Positions 29,884 through 43,142 of a DNA stretch of 64,000 nucleotides are shown in pieces. The DNA lies in NCBI RefSeq assembly GCF_009914755.1, contig NC_060927.1. One strand, 5' to 3'. Below the pieces are notes generated by a model. The model was not told the origin of the DNA. It saw nothing but the letters and a program-made list of their open reading frames with translations, and did no database searches. The translations under genes were made by a program, and so were the position numbers. How positions within the stretch are numbered: position 1 is the first letter of the stretch; every line of letters begins with the position of its first letter. Origin of the DNA: the human T2T-CHM13v2.0 reference genome, Homo sapiens.

Positions 29884-30222
29884 TGCACAGTGGACCGAAT
29901 GTTTGTGTCCCCCCTCATTCAGTGTTGAAATCCTAACCCCCAATGTGATAGTATTAGGAGGTTGGGCCTTTGGGAGATAAATTAGGTCATGAAGGTGGAG
30001 CCTTCATGAGCAGGATTGTAAAAGGCCAGAGAGCTCTCTCACCCTCTTTCTACCATGTGAGGATACAACCAGAAGTTAGAAGTCTGCAGCCCAGAAGAGC
30101 ACCCTTATCAGAACCAACTTTGCTGACACATTGATCTCAGACTTCTAGCCTCCGGAACTGTGAGAAATAAATTTCTGTTGTTTCTATAGTACTTTACTAT
30201 AGCAGCCCCAATGACTAAGACA
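29884..30222 (+). mobile_element. MaLR solo LTR (MLT1A/MSTD-like)
   Basis: TGTTGAAATCCTAACCCCCAATGTGATAGTATTAGGAGG, ACTGTGAGAAATAAATTTCTGTTG, ends ACTAAGACA. Confidence 0.85.
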
Positions 30223-31432
30223 GTCATTTCAAAAGCCACAAAGAATGGCTAGTTATTGCTGCTAATCTAGCAGATGTACTCAGATCAACAATAGTTAAAA
30301 TTCTGATTCCAAGGAACTCCTATCACAAAATGTCCTGCCATGTTCTTTGAAAGTGTTTTCTTCAGTGTTTTTAAGGGTTGAAGTGACCATAGCATCTTGA
30401 TGTGTCAACTTTGAGGAGTTTTTTGGAATTCTTTTGGTAAAATTTAGCAGAAATGATAACTAGCAGTGTCAGAGTCTGCTTGTTAACAGACCCATGATCT
30501 TCTGGAGTACATTTAATTCAATGTTGAGTTAGGAAATCCAGCTTTTCAAAATAGCTATCAAAATTTTAACCAAGTTGCATGTTCAAGGTGGTGGTATTAC
30601 AGCATTGTTTGTAATAGCATTTTTTTTTTTTAAAGTCAAACCTAGAGACAGCTGAAGTTTTTAATCAAAGGTCTGGTAAAATGATACATGCATACATTGG
30701 TATATCATGCAGTTTAAAGACTAAAGTAGATGTATATGTGCTGGTATGAAAAATGCAAGGTGCTGAACAGTGTGCACACATTATGTTGTCTTTTGTGTCA
30801 TGTGATGTATTTGAAAAATAATTTTTTATCCCACTTCTTAAATCTCATTAACATTCCTTTCCAAACAATAGCATTTCTCCTTCACAGTAGGGAATTAGAA
30901 GAAAAGTTAATTAATTTTGCTGCAAACCTAAACAGTTAAATGATGATGATTATGATTATGAAAATGGTGATGATAGGAACACTTATATAGTGCTTACTAC
31001 GTGCCAGGTACTATTCTGTCTTTTAAGCATTTAATCTTTACAACCCTATGAAGGAGGTACTGTTGTACCTCCTATGGATCCCTATGTTTTAGATAAGGAA
31101 TACCCTTACAGTAGTTTAAGAGCACTGTAATCACTCTGTAAGGGTATGCTTTGACACACACTCTGCTTTGACACTCACTAGCTAGCTGTGTGATTTTATG
31201 TGAAATTAATAAACTTTCTCTGTGCTTCAGCTTCCTTATCTAACGAAGAAACTCAAATAATTTTGACATTAATGGATATCTGCATACTTTATGTCATTTT
31301 GCTTTCTTGTAGACGTAAGTTTGTTTGTGTCTGTACATGTTGTATAATATCAGGATGGTCTTATTTTTCTTCCCCAGAACAATCTCTAGGTCCACTTAAT
31401 TAAGCTTGTTAATCTTAACTCATTCATTTAGC

Positions 31433-31688
31433 TGAATGTTTCTCAATGGAGAGTAATTTTATGCCCCAAGGGATACTTGGCAATATCTGGAGATATCGTT
31501 GATTGCCACAATGGGGCTGAGGTGTGTGGATGTGTGGGTGTGGGTGTGTGTTGGTGGGGAGCTGCCTCTGGCATCTGGTGGATGGAGGCTAGGGATGCTG
31601 TGAAACATCTTAAAAATGCATAGGAAAACTTCCCGTAACAGGGTTATCCAGGCTGGAATGTCAGTAGTTCCAAAATTGAGAGAGCCTG
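31433..31688. mobile_element. MER20 hAT-Charlie MITE
   Basis: TTGGCAATATCTGGAGATAT, CTGGCATCTGGTGGATGGAGGCTAGGGATGCTG, TTGAGAGAGCCTG. Confidence 0.82.
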
Positions 31689-31949
31689 ATATACTGGGCA
31701 TAGGAAAAGTTCTTAAAAACTGTATTCCTTTCCTGAAAAAGACAAAATATATTACTTTGTTTTAAGTTAGTAGCGTGGAGAAAAGTATGAGCTTTATTTT
31801 TATTGTTTTCCACACCGATACTCACTTTTTCCTCCTGGCATTGTATAATCTGTAAGTGCTAGAGTTGACAAGGGAGGGAAATTCACGGGACATCCACCCA
31901 CACTTTGAAATGTAAACTTGTTGGCATATTAGAGTCTCTATCTTGGCCA

Positions 31950-32365
31950 GGTATTTTTGAAATCAACCCAGTAGTGCCATAGATAGTTGTTTTTGGATAA
32001 ACATAGAGATTGACCCTTCTGGTGTTAAAGCTTGAAACTTGTATTTATTTGAGTTTCTTCCTCAGGAAACGACCTTTAGGCCTCTCAAAAAAAAGTATCC
32101 AAGAACTGAAAATTACCAGATCACTTCACCAGATGCCTCTTTGCCCCTCCCTAGTTATTATTTTTTTGCACATTATTACATTTCTTCCCTGCTATATAAA
32201 CCCCTAGTTTTAGTCAGTCAGGGAGATAGATTTGAGATTGAGCTTCATCTCCCCAGCTGTAGCACCCAATTAAAGCCTTCTTCCTAGGCAAAACTTGTTT
32301 CAGTGATTATCTTTCCAGGCGGCCAGCAGTAGGATCTAGACTGAACCCTTGGTATTTTGGTAACA
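31950..32365 (+). mobile_element. ERV1 LTR fragment (MER39-like)
   Basis: TATATAAACCCCTAGTTTTAGTC TATA region, ATTAAAGCCTTCTTCC poly(A) region, 3' end TTTTGGTAACA. Confidence 0.7.
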
Positions 32366-35300
32366 TTTTAGTCAAGATGAACATTTGAGTGGATTTTTAT
32401 AAAAATGTGCCTATATACAGTTTAGGAAGGTGATAGTAACACAAGTTAAATGTTTAAGTGGATTATTAAAAAATTATGCATAAGAGCTGTGCCTGCTTTG
32501 ACGTGAATAAACACAGCTTTAAAAATGGAAACAAAATACCTTTACAACTAAAAAAAATTGTTAAAATTTCAGTAAGTAAGAGGGAAAGTAGGAACTGAGA
32601 GTTCAGGTAGAAGGAACAGTAAGGAAGGCATGTCACTGTTTATTAAGATATGGATGGTATTACCTTATTTTTCAACCAGTAAAACACAGCCTACAGATAA
32701 GATCATCTTGGTTAGTGGATAAAGGTGTGCTGTAAATTGACATTGAACTTTAGCTTGCCCTCAGATCAACCAACAAGGACCTAAATAGATTTCTGGAGAA
32801 GAGCAGTCTCTTAATCCCAGGAAGTCAGAGTAAATTTAGTTTACTGCCGACAGGGAAAGTCTATTGAAATGAATACGCTAGGGGAAACTAGATTTACCTT
32901 TCTTTTTTTTCCTTCATGTTAACGCTTTCTTAAAAGGTTTCCTCTTCTAGAATGGTAAAAACCTTTGGGTTATTTTAGCAGCTCAGTGGTGACATTTCAG
33001 GCTGACTGCTTCCTTTTGGTTGCTAGGCACTTCGCCTTTCTCGCAACAGAGGCTGTAAAGTGCTACTGCTGTTGCTATTGCTGGTAGTGTTTGCCACACA
33101 TACCTGTTTAGCTCCTGGGAAATGATGAGATTGATGATTCTTTCTCCTGGAAAACCTTTCATCACAGAGATTCATCTCAGGTTGTATTTTGAGCAAGCTG
33201 AAAAAGCCCTAGCCTTTCTTAACTCTGTTAATTCGGGATCCAAGTATCTTTTTGATTTGTTGATTAATTTTCCACCCATTTCTTTTTCAAGCTGAACACT
33301 GAACAGCTTAGCAGAGGCCTTCTGTCCTCTCTTATCTCATCACCAGAGGATTTTCCTCCCTTCTTTTCATCCTTGCTGTGATCTATGCAAACAGCTACTG
33401 GCCAAAGAAGAGCTTAGCAGAGGGGGAGGACTCCAAGTCTGAGCTTTGATAAATTCTGGAAATGAGGGGATTGTTATCTGGAAAAGGCGTACATTTGTAT
33501 TCTCTAGGTATGAAATAATGCCTTAACTGTTGTTACTTTTTATTAAAATAACACAGAGAATTATAGAAACCATAAAAGTAGTTTGATCACAGTTCTAAAA
33601 TCCTCAGTTATGTCTTTTTCTATACAGCTTTATTAAAGAGATGAAGCAGATCTGATCTAGTGTGAATGACAAGGTTTATTCAACCTCTCTGCTTCGTTAT
33701 TAGCTGTAGTTTGTATCTTTCATCAGTATTTGAACAGAGAATACAAATTAAAATATGACTTGGCTTACTGAATTTTTGAAATGAGTAAAACTATAGAATA
33801 ACAATTATCTAGGAAAACTGTATTCATTCTGTGTAGGCAAGATGTAATACAGCAATGAAGTGTTTTTGTTGGGGATGAGCAAGAAATTAAGAGATATTAG
33901 AAGAAAGCTCTTTTAAATGAAATTTAGAAGGAAATCTCTCTCTCTGTGTATATATGTGTAATTTTGTGTTTTAAGATATCAGTAGCAAATTGTTGCAGAA
34001 TTATTCTTGTCTCTTAATACTTTCTGTGTTACTTAGAGTTGGTGTGAGTCAGATGTAGAATATTGGTATGTGGTATCATAATTAGGAATACTTGTTTTAC
34101 AGATGATTTCCACAGGACTTCTTTTAGTCCTTATACCAGGCCTGAGTTGTCCCCTCCCTTGATCTAAGCTTACTGAAAAGATACACAGACCTCAGGGTGT
34201 TTTAGATGGGTTCAGGTTCTGCATTTACTTCTTCCTGTCTGTGGTAAATTGCTTTTTTTGGTGGGGGAGGGGCAGGATATCATTAAAACAATGTTTCTTT
34301 GAGTAAACACAATCTGAATTCTTAATAAGTGACTTACAGTTGATCTTGTGGAATATATTTTATTGATTTGGGAATTACCCTATGCTGAATTACCTTTTAG
34401 TAATGGGCCTAGCTAGAAAGGCTGTACCAATCTAATTTATGGAATTGTATTAAATATGCTGTTACAGAAATGGCTACCCAATTACTGGATAAATAAGCAG
34501 TTCAGAGACAACAAATGAGAAACTTCATCCAGTCTTGTGCTTGGCAGCAAGGCAGCCTACGTCCATTTTATTTATGCAGTTGCTGCCACTTTCTTTTCTA
34601 TTTCTTCTTTTGCCCCAGAGCATATAACAATAGTTTTATATATAATTTAACACTTTCCGGGCTTAGGGTAGGATCAGAAAAGGAAGCCAGCCTAGCACAA
34701 AGCACTGGAGTCTAGAGGCTTGAACTTTCAGTAAGAAGATTAAATGGGACCTGTTTTAGAAGAGTTGTTCTTGGAATAAATAGCTATGTAAATAAATATA
34801 TATACTTATGATACTCTAGTCTCTTTGTTTTCATTTGTGTTGCCTCAGTGTTATTTTTCTTTCAGGAAGTATCCACAACATCCATTGATATTTGAACCAC
34901 AGATTGTGCAAGTGTTCTTTACATCCTGTGTCTTCTATTTTATGGAGATGTAGAATCATGATTTGGGGAAAAAGTAGCTACATGTTATTTGTAGACTAAA
35001 AGAAAACAAAACAGTGCTGTCAAGATTGTATTAAGCAGGAACTCATATATACCTCATGGGAAATAAATTAGTATAAACCTTTTGGGAAGCCATTGAACAA
35101 TGAAATATTTGTGTCTTTTGATCTATTAATTTTACTTTTGAGAATGTATTGTAAAGAAATAATCACAAATGTGGAAAAAGCTGTATGGATAATTGAGTTT
35201 ATCATGGAACTATTTATAATAGAAAAAAATGGGAAATTAAATGACCAACTATAAGGAAATGGCCAAGGAAATCCCAATCAACCAGCTGTTGTATAGCCAT

Positions 35301-35679
35301 TAAGAATGTTTACTAGGAGGATAAAATAACATGAAAGATTCTTTTGATATAACATTCAGTGGTGAAAAATGTGGGGTAGAACATCTTTTATTTAATATGA
35401 TTACAAATTGGTAAAATATACCTATGCTTGGTAAAAAATAAGCATATTAAAGGATGAGTAGTGATTATGTTTGGGTGGCGAAACTATGATTCATTTTCTT
35501 CTTTTAGAGCAGTTTCAGATTTTCTTCAAATGATCACGTTCTGTTTTCATAGTGGGGAGAAAGAGTGTAACTTTCCTATCTTCATAAAAATATTATTTTC
35601 CTTACAGCATTAAAGGGCAGTATTTAAAGTCAGTTGGCAAGCAGTGGAATAAGATTTTTGTAAAGAAACCTTGTGCAGC

Positions 35680-35711
35680 ATGGATTCTCTACCAGATGAA
35701 TTTTTTGTGAG
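35680..35711 (+). CDS. DZIP3: DZIP3 exon 2 coding part (MDSLPDEFFV/R); exon starts at 35608. E3 ubiquitin ligase DZIP3 (hRUL138/2A-HUB)
   Basis: Acceptor TTTTCCTTACAG ends at 35607, ATG in AGCATGG context, AG|GTAAGG donor. Confidence 0.95.
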
Positions 35712-35717
35712 GTAAGG

Positions 35718-36058
35718 CCACAGTCCCCAACCTTTTTGGCACCATGGACTGGTTTCGTGGAAAACAATTTTTCCACGGATGGTGGGGGTGCGGGGAATGG
35801 TTTTGGGGTGAAACTGTTCAACTTCAGATCATCAGGCATTAGATTCTCACAAGGAGTGGGCAACTTAGATCCTTCACATGGGCAGTTCACAATAGAGTTT
35901 GCACTCCTATGAGAATCTAATGCTGCTGCTGATCTGACAGAAGGTGGAGCTCAGGTGGTAATGCTTGCCCACTGCTCACTTCCTGCTTGCTGTGCAGCCC
36001 AGTTCTTAACAGGCCATGTACCTGTACTTGTCTGTGGCCTGGGGGCTGGGGACCCCAG
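35718..36058. mobile_element. MER1B-like hAT-Charlie MITE with 8-bp TSD
   Basis: Ends ...GTCCCCAACCTTTTTGGCACCA and GGGGACCCCAG. TSD AGGTAAGG (35710-35717) / AGGTAAAG (36059-36066). Confidence 0.88.
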
Positions 36059-38361
36059 AGGTAAAGGATAGGTTGACAAAAACCAGCTGCATTTGTTGTA
36101 TTCCTAAAGACATAATGTTTGTTTTTTCCACGTAACCTTGGGAAGCCAGTATGAACAGGAAACCCTTATGCTTCAAGACATTTCAGCAAGTTTGGTTAGT
36201 GGGTGATGTAGACTGGGTGAAATCTAATTTTACAAAAGTTCACTAGGGATTACATCCTCACTGAGGAGCTAAGAATTGAAAAATGTGCCATACCTTATTG
36301 TTCAGTCATTCTCACAAAAATGTTTTATGATTTAACAAGTGCTTACATAGACTTACTATGTCAGCATTGTTTTTAGTGTTTTTACATTATGTTTTACACA
36401 TAAACCTCATAACAACTCTATGAAGTGAGTGCTGTTATTATCCCTATTTTCTAAAGGGTAATTTAAGCATGATGCAGAAGACCCTGCTGAGTGGTTCAGT
36501 GGGCCAAGGCCAAATGACATTCTCTTTTCTCCAAGCAGGGCAAGTTCAGCCCACCTCTACCTCATATAATACTAAACAGGGTCGTATTGGAGATCTCCCT
36601 CCAGGCTTGAACTATCTCATATAATAAGCAGTGTGACTTATTAATTTATTTTACAAAAGCATTTACTGATTCCTTGGTGCTTAGGGAATAAAGACTAAGA
36701 CAATATTTGTGTACCTAGAGATAGCTTATTATATAGTGGGAAGATATATAAAAAGTAATTATATCTTTAGGCAAATTGCATAACTATTAGAGATTCTGTG
36801 GCTGTCTATAGGAAGAAAAAATAATTATTCCACAAAGTAACATTTGAACTGATCTTTAAAGAATGAGAAGCATTGTGATGGGTTTACAAGCAAGGGAGGA
36901 TAAAAGGTCATTTGGCTGAGCTGAGGAAATAGCAAGAAAAAATACTTAAGAAAAATTTTTGGGGTGTATTTTGACTATGTTGCTAAGAGGTTTTGGCTTT
37001 ATTTGTACAGAGGAGGAAGTGAGGGTAAGTTGGAGTTACACATCAAAATTTGTAATGGAGCCTATAGAAAATATAGCAGCCCACATGGCACTTTTGATTC
37101 AGAAGACATAAAGTAGGTTTTGGGCATCTGGATGTTTCAAAAGCTTCACAGTTGATTTTAATATGTATCTGGGATTGAGAAGTATTGGGTTAAAGAGGGA
37201 ATGATCATGAAATGGAGTTTGCTGGTAGAGTATACACTTGAGAACATGTTATACTCTTTCTCAAACCTTGAAAGACTTCAGAATACTGCTGCAGTATTTT
37301 TCATTCCTTGATAGCACAAAGATATAACTTGTGTTTTGCTTTATTTTTTGTAGGGCAAGTGGGGCTTGGAAGTGGAGGAAAAGACAGGTTTCTTTTTACC
37401 GTGGCACCTTAAAGAGCACTGAGAATCATATTGTGAAATGTTGGCATGTGTATATCATCTTTTGTAGAAACTTTCACTAGAAGTTTGAAAATGGACAATA
37501 CCATTTTATTTATCTGTCCCAATTTACCCCAACAAAATCAATTAGCATATATTAGATGATAAATGGTTGTCTGTCAAATGAATGCATAAATGTAAAGTCA
37601 AATAAGAGAATATTTATAAAGTACAATTCTGAATAAATCAGTCAATATAAATTTCTCACCTCAGTGTTATCTCTGCTGGTGTCCAGAATTAACATAGAAT
37701 AAATCACCTATGACCCTATATTATGGTGCCTTTATTATGGTTCCTATACAATGGTTCTGTATGCAGGCAAAAGCAACATTACAAATAAAATTTTCAGTTC
37801 AGTATATAATACTGCAGTGTGTTCACATTTTGAGCTAAGGTTAAAAGCAAAACCTGTCAAGTGATCCCTTATTACTCAAATAGTTTCTAAATATGATACT
37901 TTTCCTCAGTTAAAAATATTTTGGAAAACTGGACAATTGTAAGTTTAGGAACCCCAAACAGAAAATAAGATGATCTATTTAAGATAGATCTCTCCCTAAC
38001 CTGTAATATCTTCATAAACACACAAAACATCAACCTTTTTAAGACCTCTTTTCCCTTTACCTTGGAACAGTGCTATAAGGTTTTTTTCCCATTAGTTTGG
38101 TCTACTGCATATCTGTTAAGGATGCAGTGTTTTTCATAATTGGCTTGCTGTTTTCTCTACCACCATCCAGTAAGGGCATGGCCAATTCGTCTTCTTTAAC
38201 ATGAGTCTCTAAAGAGATATGGCACCTACCACCATTACCAGTCTTTGATACATTTTGGTTACACTTTCAGACAATAATTCAATTGTTAGATTCTTTACTA
38301 CTACAATTTGTGTTCTTTGTGAGAAGATGCTCTTAATATACCTCATTTTCATTTAAAATAG

Positions 38362-38431
38362 GCATCCTGCTGTGGAGGATCAGAGGAAGGAAGAAACTGA
38401 GAATAAGCTAGAAAAATCATCTGGTCAACTG
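38362..38431 (+). CDS. DZIP3: DZIP3 exon 3 (70 nt; R/HPAVEDQRKEETENKLEKSSGQL)
   Basis: TAG acceptor, GTAAGA donor, cumulative 102 nt. Confidence 0.96.
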
Positions 38432-39097
38432 GTAAGAGAAAGTTTAATTTTCATTAACTGTTAGTTAATTGATAATAACTAATTATATATGCAAATGCAG
38501 TAATACATCTAGTCAGTTTAATTACGTGTTAAAATTTTTTGAGTGAGCCTACTTTCCTACCTTCATAAGTAAAATGGTCACAGTTAAATCTTGCTTTGAT
38601 GATTGATACTGTATCTCAAGGTTGTCATTCTAAATACCATTCCTCACCATAACTAAAAATTAGTAAAAAAAAATTGAATGGAATCATCCAGAAATAACCC
38701 AACAATCATTTTTAAGAAATCCCTCATTTGTTTTTTGAAGGGGAAATTAAAGCAAAACAAAACCTATATACATATAAAGAAAACACACATACACACATAC
38801 AGAATTTTATTTACTAAGACGTTTGAGTCATTTCTGAAGTTAAACTTATTCTTTATTTTTATTATCTTTATGGTTAGAACTTCTAGGTCTAAATGAAAGA
38901 GAATAACTCTGAATTATACATAAAAGGCTTTTATTACCAGTGATATACTTTTATGGTAGTTAAAACTAGTTGTATGAACATCATATGTTCATATATTTTG
39001 TGAAAGACTGATTAAGAGATATTTGTTAGGTTCTCATTAGTATAATTTTACCTTCCACATAGTTTTATATAATGATTGATGTCCACTTGTTAATAAG

Positions 39098-39478
39098 TGT
39101 ATTAGTCTGTTCTCATACTGCTGTAAAGAACTACCTGAGACTGGGTAATTTATAAAGAAAAGAGGTTTAATTGAATCACAGTTTCTTAGGCTGGACAGGA
39201 GGGGGCATGGCTGGGTAGTCCTCAAGAAACTTAGAGTCATGGGGGAAGGCAAAGGGGAAGCAAGCACGCCTTCACGTGGCGGCAGGAGAGAAAGAGACCA
39301 AAGGGGAAGGTGCCACACACTTTTAAACAACAAGATCTTGTGGGAACTCTTATCATGCGACAGCACTAGGGAGATGATGCTAAACTATTAGAAACCACCC
39401 CCATGATCCAATCACCTCCTACCAGGTCCCTCCTCTAACACTAGGAATTACAATTCAGCATGAGACTTGGGTAGGCAC
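39098..39478 (-). mobile_element. MaLR LTR (MSTA/MSTB-like)
   Basis: TGTATTAGTCTGTTCTCA...ACTACCTGAGACTGGGTAATTTATAAAGAAAAGAGGTTTAATTG. Confidence 0.88.
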
Positions 39479-39829
39479 ATGTTTGCAGGAACATGGGTAG
39501 GAAAGTTTGCAGAGGTTATCCTGTAACTTAGGAGGGGAAAATATATAAACATAAAATAAGCACGGTATTCACCTGCATGAGGTTATCGCTGTAAAAAATG
39601 CTGCAGAGGAAGTATGCTATATGCACATGTATGTAGGGTTGTACAGTTGAGCAAAGGCAAGAACCAGGGGACTAGATCCAGAAAAGACATTTCTAGATGC
39701 AGAATCAGGAATACAAAAAGCAAGGAAGGTGGACACTTTGACCTGAATTTTGTTTAGATATTTAATCAATTTTGCCAAAATGGATTAAGCATCAAATATT
39801 TTTTGACAACTAACTTAAATTAAAAGTGT

Positions 39830-40113
39830 GGACCAGGCATGGTGGCTCATGCCTGTAATCCCAGCACTTTGGGAGGCTAATGTGGGCGGATTGATTGCTT
39901 AAGCTCAAGAGTTTGAGACCAGCCTTTACAATATGGCAAAACATTGTCTCTGCTAAAAATACCAAAATTAGCTGGGTGTGGTGGTGCATGCCTGTATTTC
40001 CAGCTACTTGAGGGGCTAAGGTGGGAGAATCACTTGTGCTTGGGAGGTCAAGGCTGCAGTGAGCCGTGTTCATGCCACTGCACTCCAGCCTAGGTGACAA
40101 AGCAAGACGCTGT
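39830..40113 (+). mobile_element. Alu (AluJ-like), lacking poly(A) tail
   Basis: Diverged dimer ending at AAGACGCTGT with no A-tail. Confidence 0.9.
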
Positions 40114-41449
40114 AGGCATGACACTTACAATATTTCCTGTTGAAAAATTTTTATTCATGCTATAATCTTGCCCATGTATAAATTTGTTAATTAGTATCCG
40201 ATGATTCTACAAGTACTTTTGAGTAGAATTGACCTTTAGTTTGAATTATATGCACTACTGATATTGGTCATTCTTTATAAGGGGTTTTTCTAGTTACTTT
40301 GTAGAATTTTGTTTTAACTTTTTGAAAAATTTCAAACCTTTAGAAAGATTGCAAGATAGTAAAATGAATAGTAGTACAATGAACATCCTTCATAGAGAGT
40401 TAGTAAACGGTTAACATTTTTCTACATAAATAATCTTATGAAATGCTATAAAATCTAAGGTATATTTGTGGAATATAGATGGGGATGGAGGAATCTTAAT
40501 TTAGTACTCAAACCCATTTTTTACAATGATAACCTCCTACAAGTGGATACCGAATACCATGGTTATTTTATGTTTATATATTTTCCCCTCCTAAGTTACT
40601 GGATAATCTCTGCAAACTCTTTTCCTTGTGGCAATGACCTAGGGGAGAGAAGGGCAAAACACCATAGTTGAGATTAGACAGATAGTCCTGCAATGGACTT
40701 TATTGGTTTCTACTTACTTTCCTGTGTAGCTCCAGGTCTGTTAGAGAACTGAAAGTGAGTTAGCCCATACAAGGGCATTTCAGCATCTCAAGCTCTATGG
40801 GGCTTCTGCAATAAGAAGTTCTTATTTTCAGAGATCAACAGCAACATAATCATATTCCTAGAATTCCCACAGAGTATAAGAACTCTGGTTTCTTGTTAAG
40901 GTTTGAAGGAAGGCCATCATCCATCTGTTCTAGGCCATTTATCCATCTCTGTTGTCCACTAGTTCTTCACAACTAATGTTAGTAGATATTCCAGCAGGAC
41001 TTGATTGTGTAGTTATCAGTTAACAATTACTGTGCCTTATTAATTCTGTAAGAATAAATTCCTGAAGATTATTACTATTTATACAGCTCTGACTGAATTG
41101 AGATGTTGAGTCATTCTACTTTACTACTTTGTTTACAATTTGAACTATTAACAACTATTCATTTTCAAGTTGCTGTGTGTTTAATAGCTGACGCATCAGT
41201 CATATAATGTAAAAAGCACATTTAGATATAATTTTCATGTTACAGAGAATAATATATGTAATATTTTAAGTTCCTAGAGAGCAGAGAACATATTATTCTT
41301 CCTTAGATTTTTTATAGTTCTGTCATAGAAGCTAGGAGAACAAGGGAAAATGAGCTTTGTTCCTTTTTTAATGCTTTGGCTGATCTTAGAATTAAGAGTG
41401 AATGAGAATATGCAAACTGTGTAAATTTTTAATCAATAATGTCTTCTAG

Positions 41450-41605
41450 AACAAACAGGAAAATGACATACCTACTGATCTTGTCCCTGTTAACCTACTA
41501 TTAGAAGTGAAGAAGTTATTAAATGCAATTAATACTCTACCAAAAGGTGTGGTTCCTCACATTAAGAAGTTCTTACAAGAAGATTTTTCCTTCCAAACTA
41601 TGCAG
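41450..41605 (+). CDS. DZIP3: DZIP3 exon 4 (156 nt; NKQENDIPTDLVPVNLLLEVKKLLNAINTLPKGVVPHIKKFLQEDFSFQTMQ)
   Basis: TTCTAG acceptor, CAG|GTAACG donor, phase 0-0. Confidence 0.96.
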
Positions 41606-41958
41606 GTAACGTCATAAGTTGTTATTTGGGGCAGAAGTGCAGCTGTCTGTATATGACTTTTTTAATTAAAATTCTTTTTAAACCACACAGTATAGCCAAG
41701 GTCTTGAAAAAAATCTCCATCTTACTTCTTGTAAAGGGCTTTGTTGTCAACCTTGACTGTAGACTTCTAAAAAGTTGAACAAATAGAGTCATTTGGTGCT
41801 AGCCTTTTAAGAATAATGGTAGGAATGTGGGTTGGTAGCTTGTAAGCTGTTGACTACAAGGTCTAGTGTTTATTCCAGTCCTGCTAATAACCTGTAACAT
41901 GCCAGTCTGGGACAGGGGACTGCTTTTGTTCTCCTAACTCATAAAATGTTAACACATT

Positions 41959-42254
41959 TGGCCAGGCACAGTGGCTCACGTCTCTAATCCTAGCACTTTG
42001 GGAGACCGAGGTGAGTGGATCACTGAGGTCAGGAGTTTGAGACCAGCCTGGCCAACATGGTGAAACTTGGTCTCTACTAAAAATACAAAAATTAGCTGGG
42101 CATGGTGGCACATGCCTGTGGTCCCAGCTACTTGGGAGGCTGAGGCAGGAGAATCGGTTGAACTCAGGAGGTGGAGGTACAGTGAGCCGAGATCATGCCA
42201 CTGCACTCCTGCCTGGGAGACAGAGCAACACTCTGTCTCAAAAAAAAAAAAAAA
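41959..42254 (+). mobile_element. Alu (AluS-like)
   Basis: Dimer with A-tail, TSD-like GTT(A/G)ACACATTT. Confidence 0.95.
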
Positions 42255-42808
42255 GTTGACACATTTGTCAAAAATGCATTTTTAAAAATCATATCCAAAT
42301 ATTTGGAATTATTTGTATAATAAATATTCTGGAAGCTATATTGTAGATTTCCATCTTGAAAGTAGTTTTTCTGTATAATTTGTGGTAACTTTCAGCATAA
42401 GAAAGATACCATTTCTTAATGGAGTTTTCTGAAGTTAAAGAAAATTATATACTCTTTTCTTTGTGGCAATTAACTAGAGAAGAGAAGGGTAAAGCACCAT
42501 AGTTGTCTTGAGAAGGCTACATTTGTCTTTCTATGAAAGAATATATGGTTATTTCCATGAAACACATTAATACTATTATGATTAAAAATTCCAACAAACT
42601 GAAGATATTCATAAGACTTTATGCACAATTATAACCTTAACCGAGATAATTTACCACAGTATAAGTGAATTCTGGCTAGAAATTGATAGAATAATGCTAC
42701 CATTTCCCTCTTATCTTTTGGAAATCACTTAGAAACAACAAGACAGAAATCAGTGGCCTTCAGATATGCAAAAAATAGCAACTAGAAGGTAAAAATAGAA
42801 GAATAGTA

Positions 42809-43142
42809 CAGTCATCTTTTGGTATCTGTGGGAGGTTAATTCCAGGACACCCCCGGTACAAAAATCCAAGGATGCCCAAGTCTCTTATGTAAAATGACAT
42901 AGTATTTGCATACAACCTGTACACATTCTCCCGTATGTGTTACACCATCTCTAGATTACATCTAGGTATTACATATCTAATACAATGTAAATGCTATGTA
43001 AATAGTTGTTATACTGTATTGTCTTTTCAATTTTTTAAAATTATTGTATTCTTTCTATTTATTTATTTATTTATCAAATATTTTCAATCCATGGTGGGTT
43101 GAATCCATGGAGGCAAAACCTGTGGATATGGAGGGCAAACTG
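42809..43142. mobile_element. MER2-like Tigger MITE
   Basis: TA|CAGTCATC...GAGGGCAAACTG|TA ends, internal TAGTATTTGCATACAACCT. Confidence 0.82.

Noticed and set aside
34850-34960. Strong-looking acceptor TTTTTCTTTCAG|GAAG in DZIP3 intron 1
   Set aside because: No convincing matching donor or other support from sequence alone.
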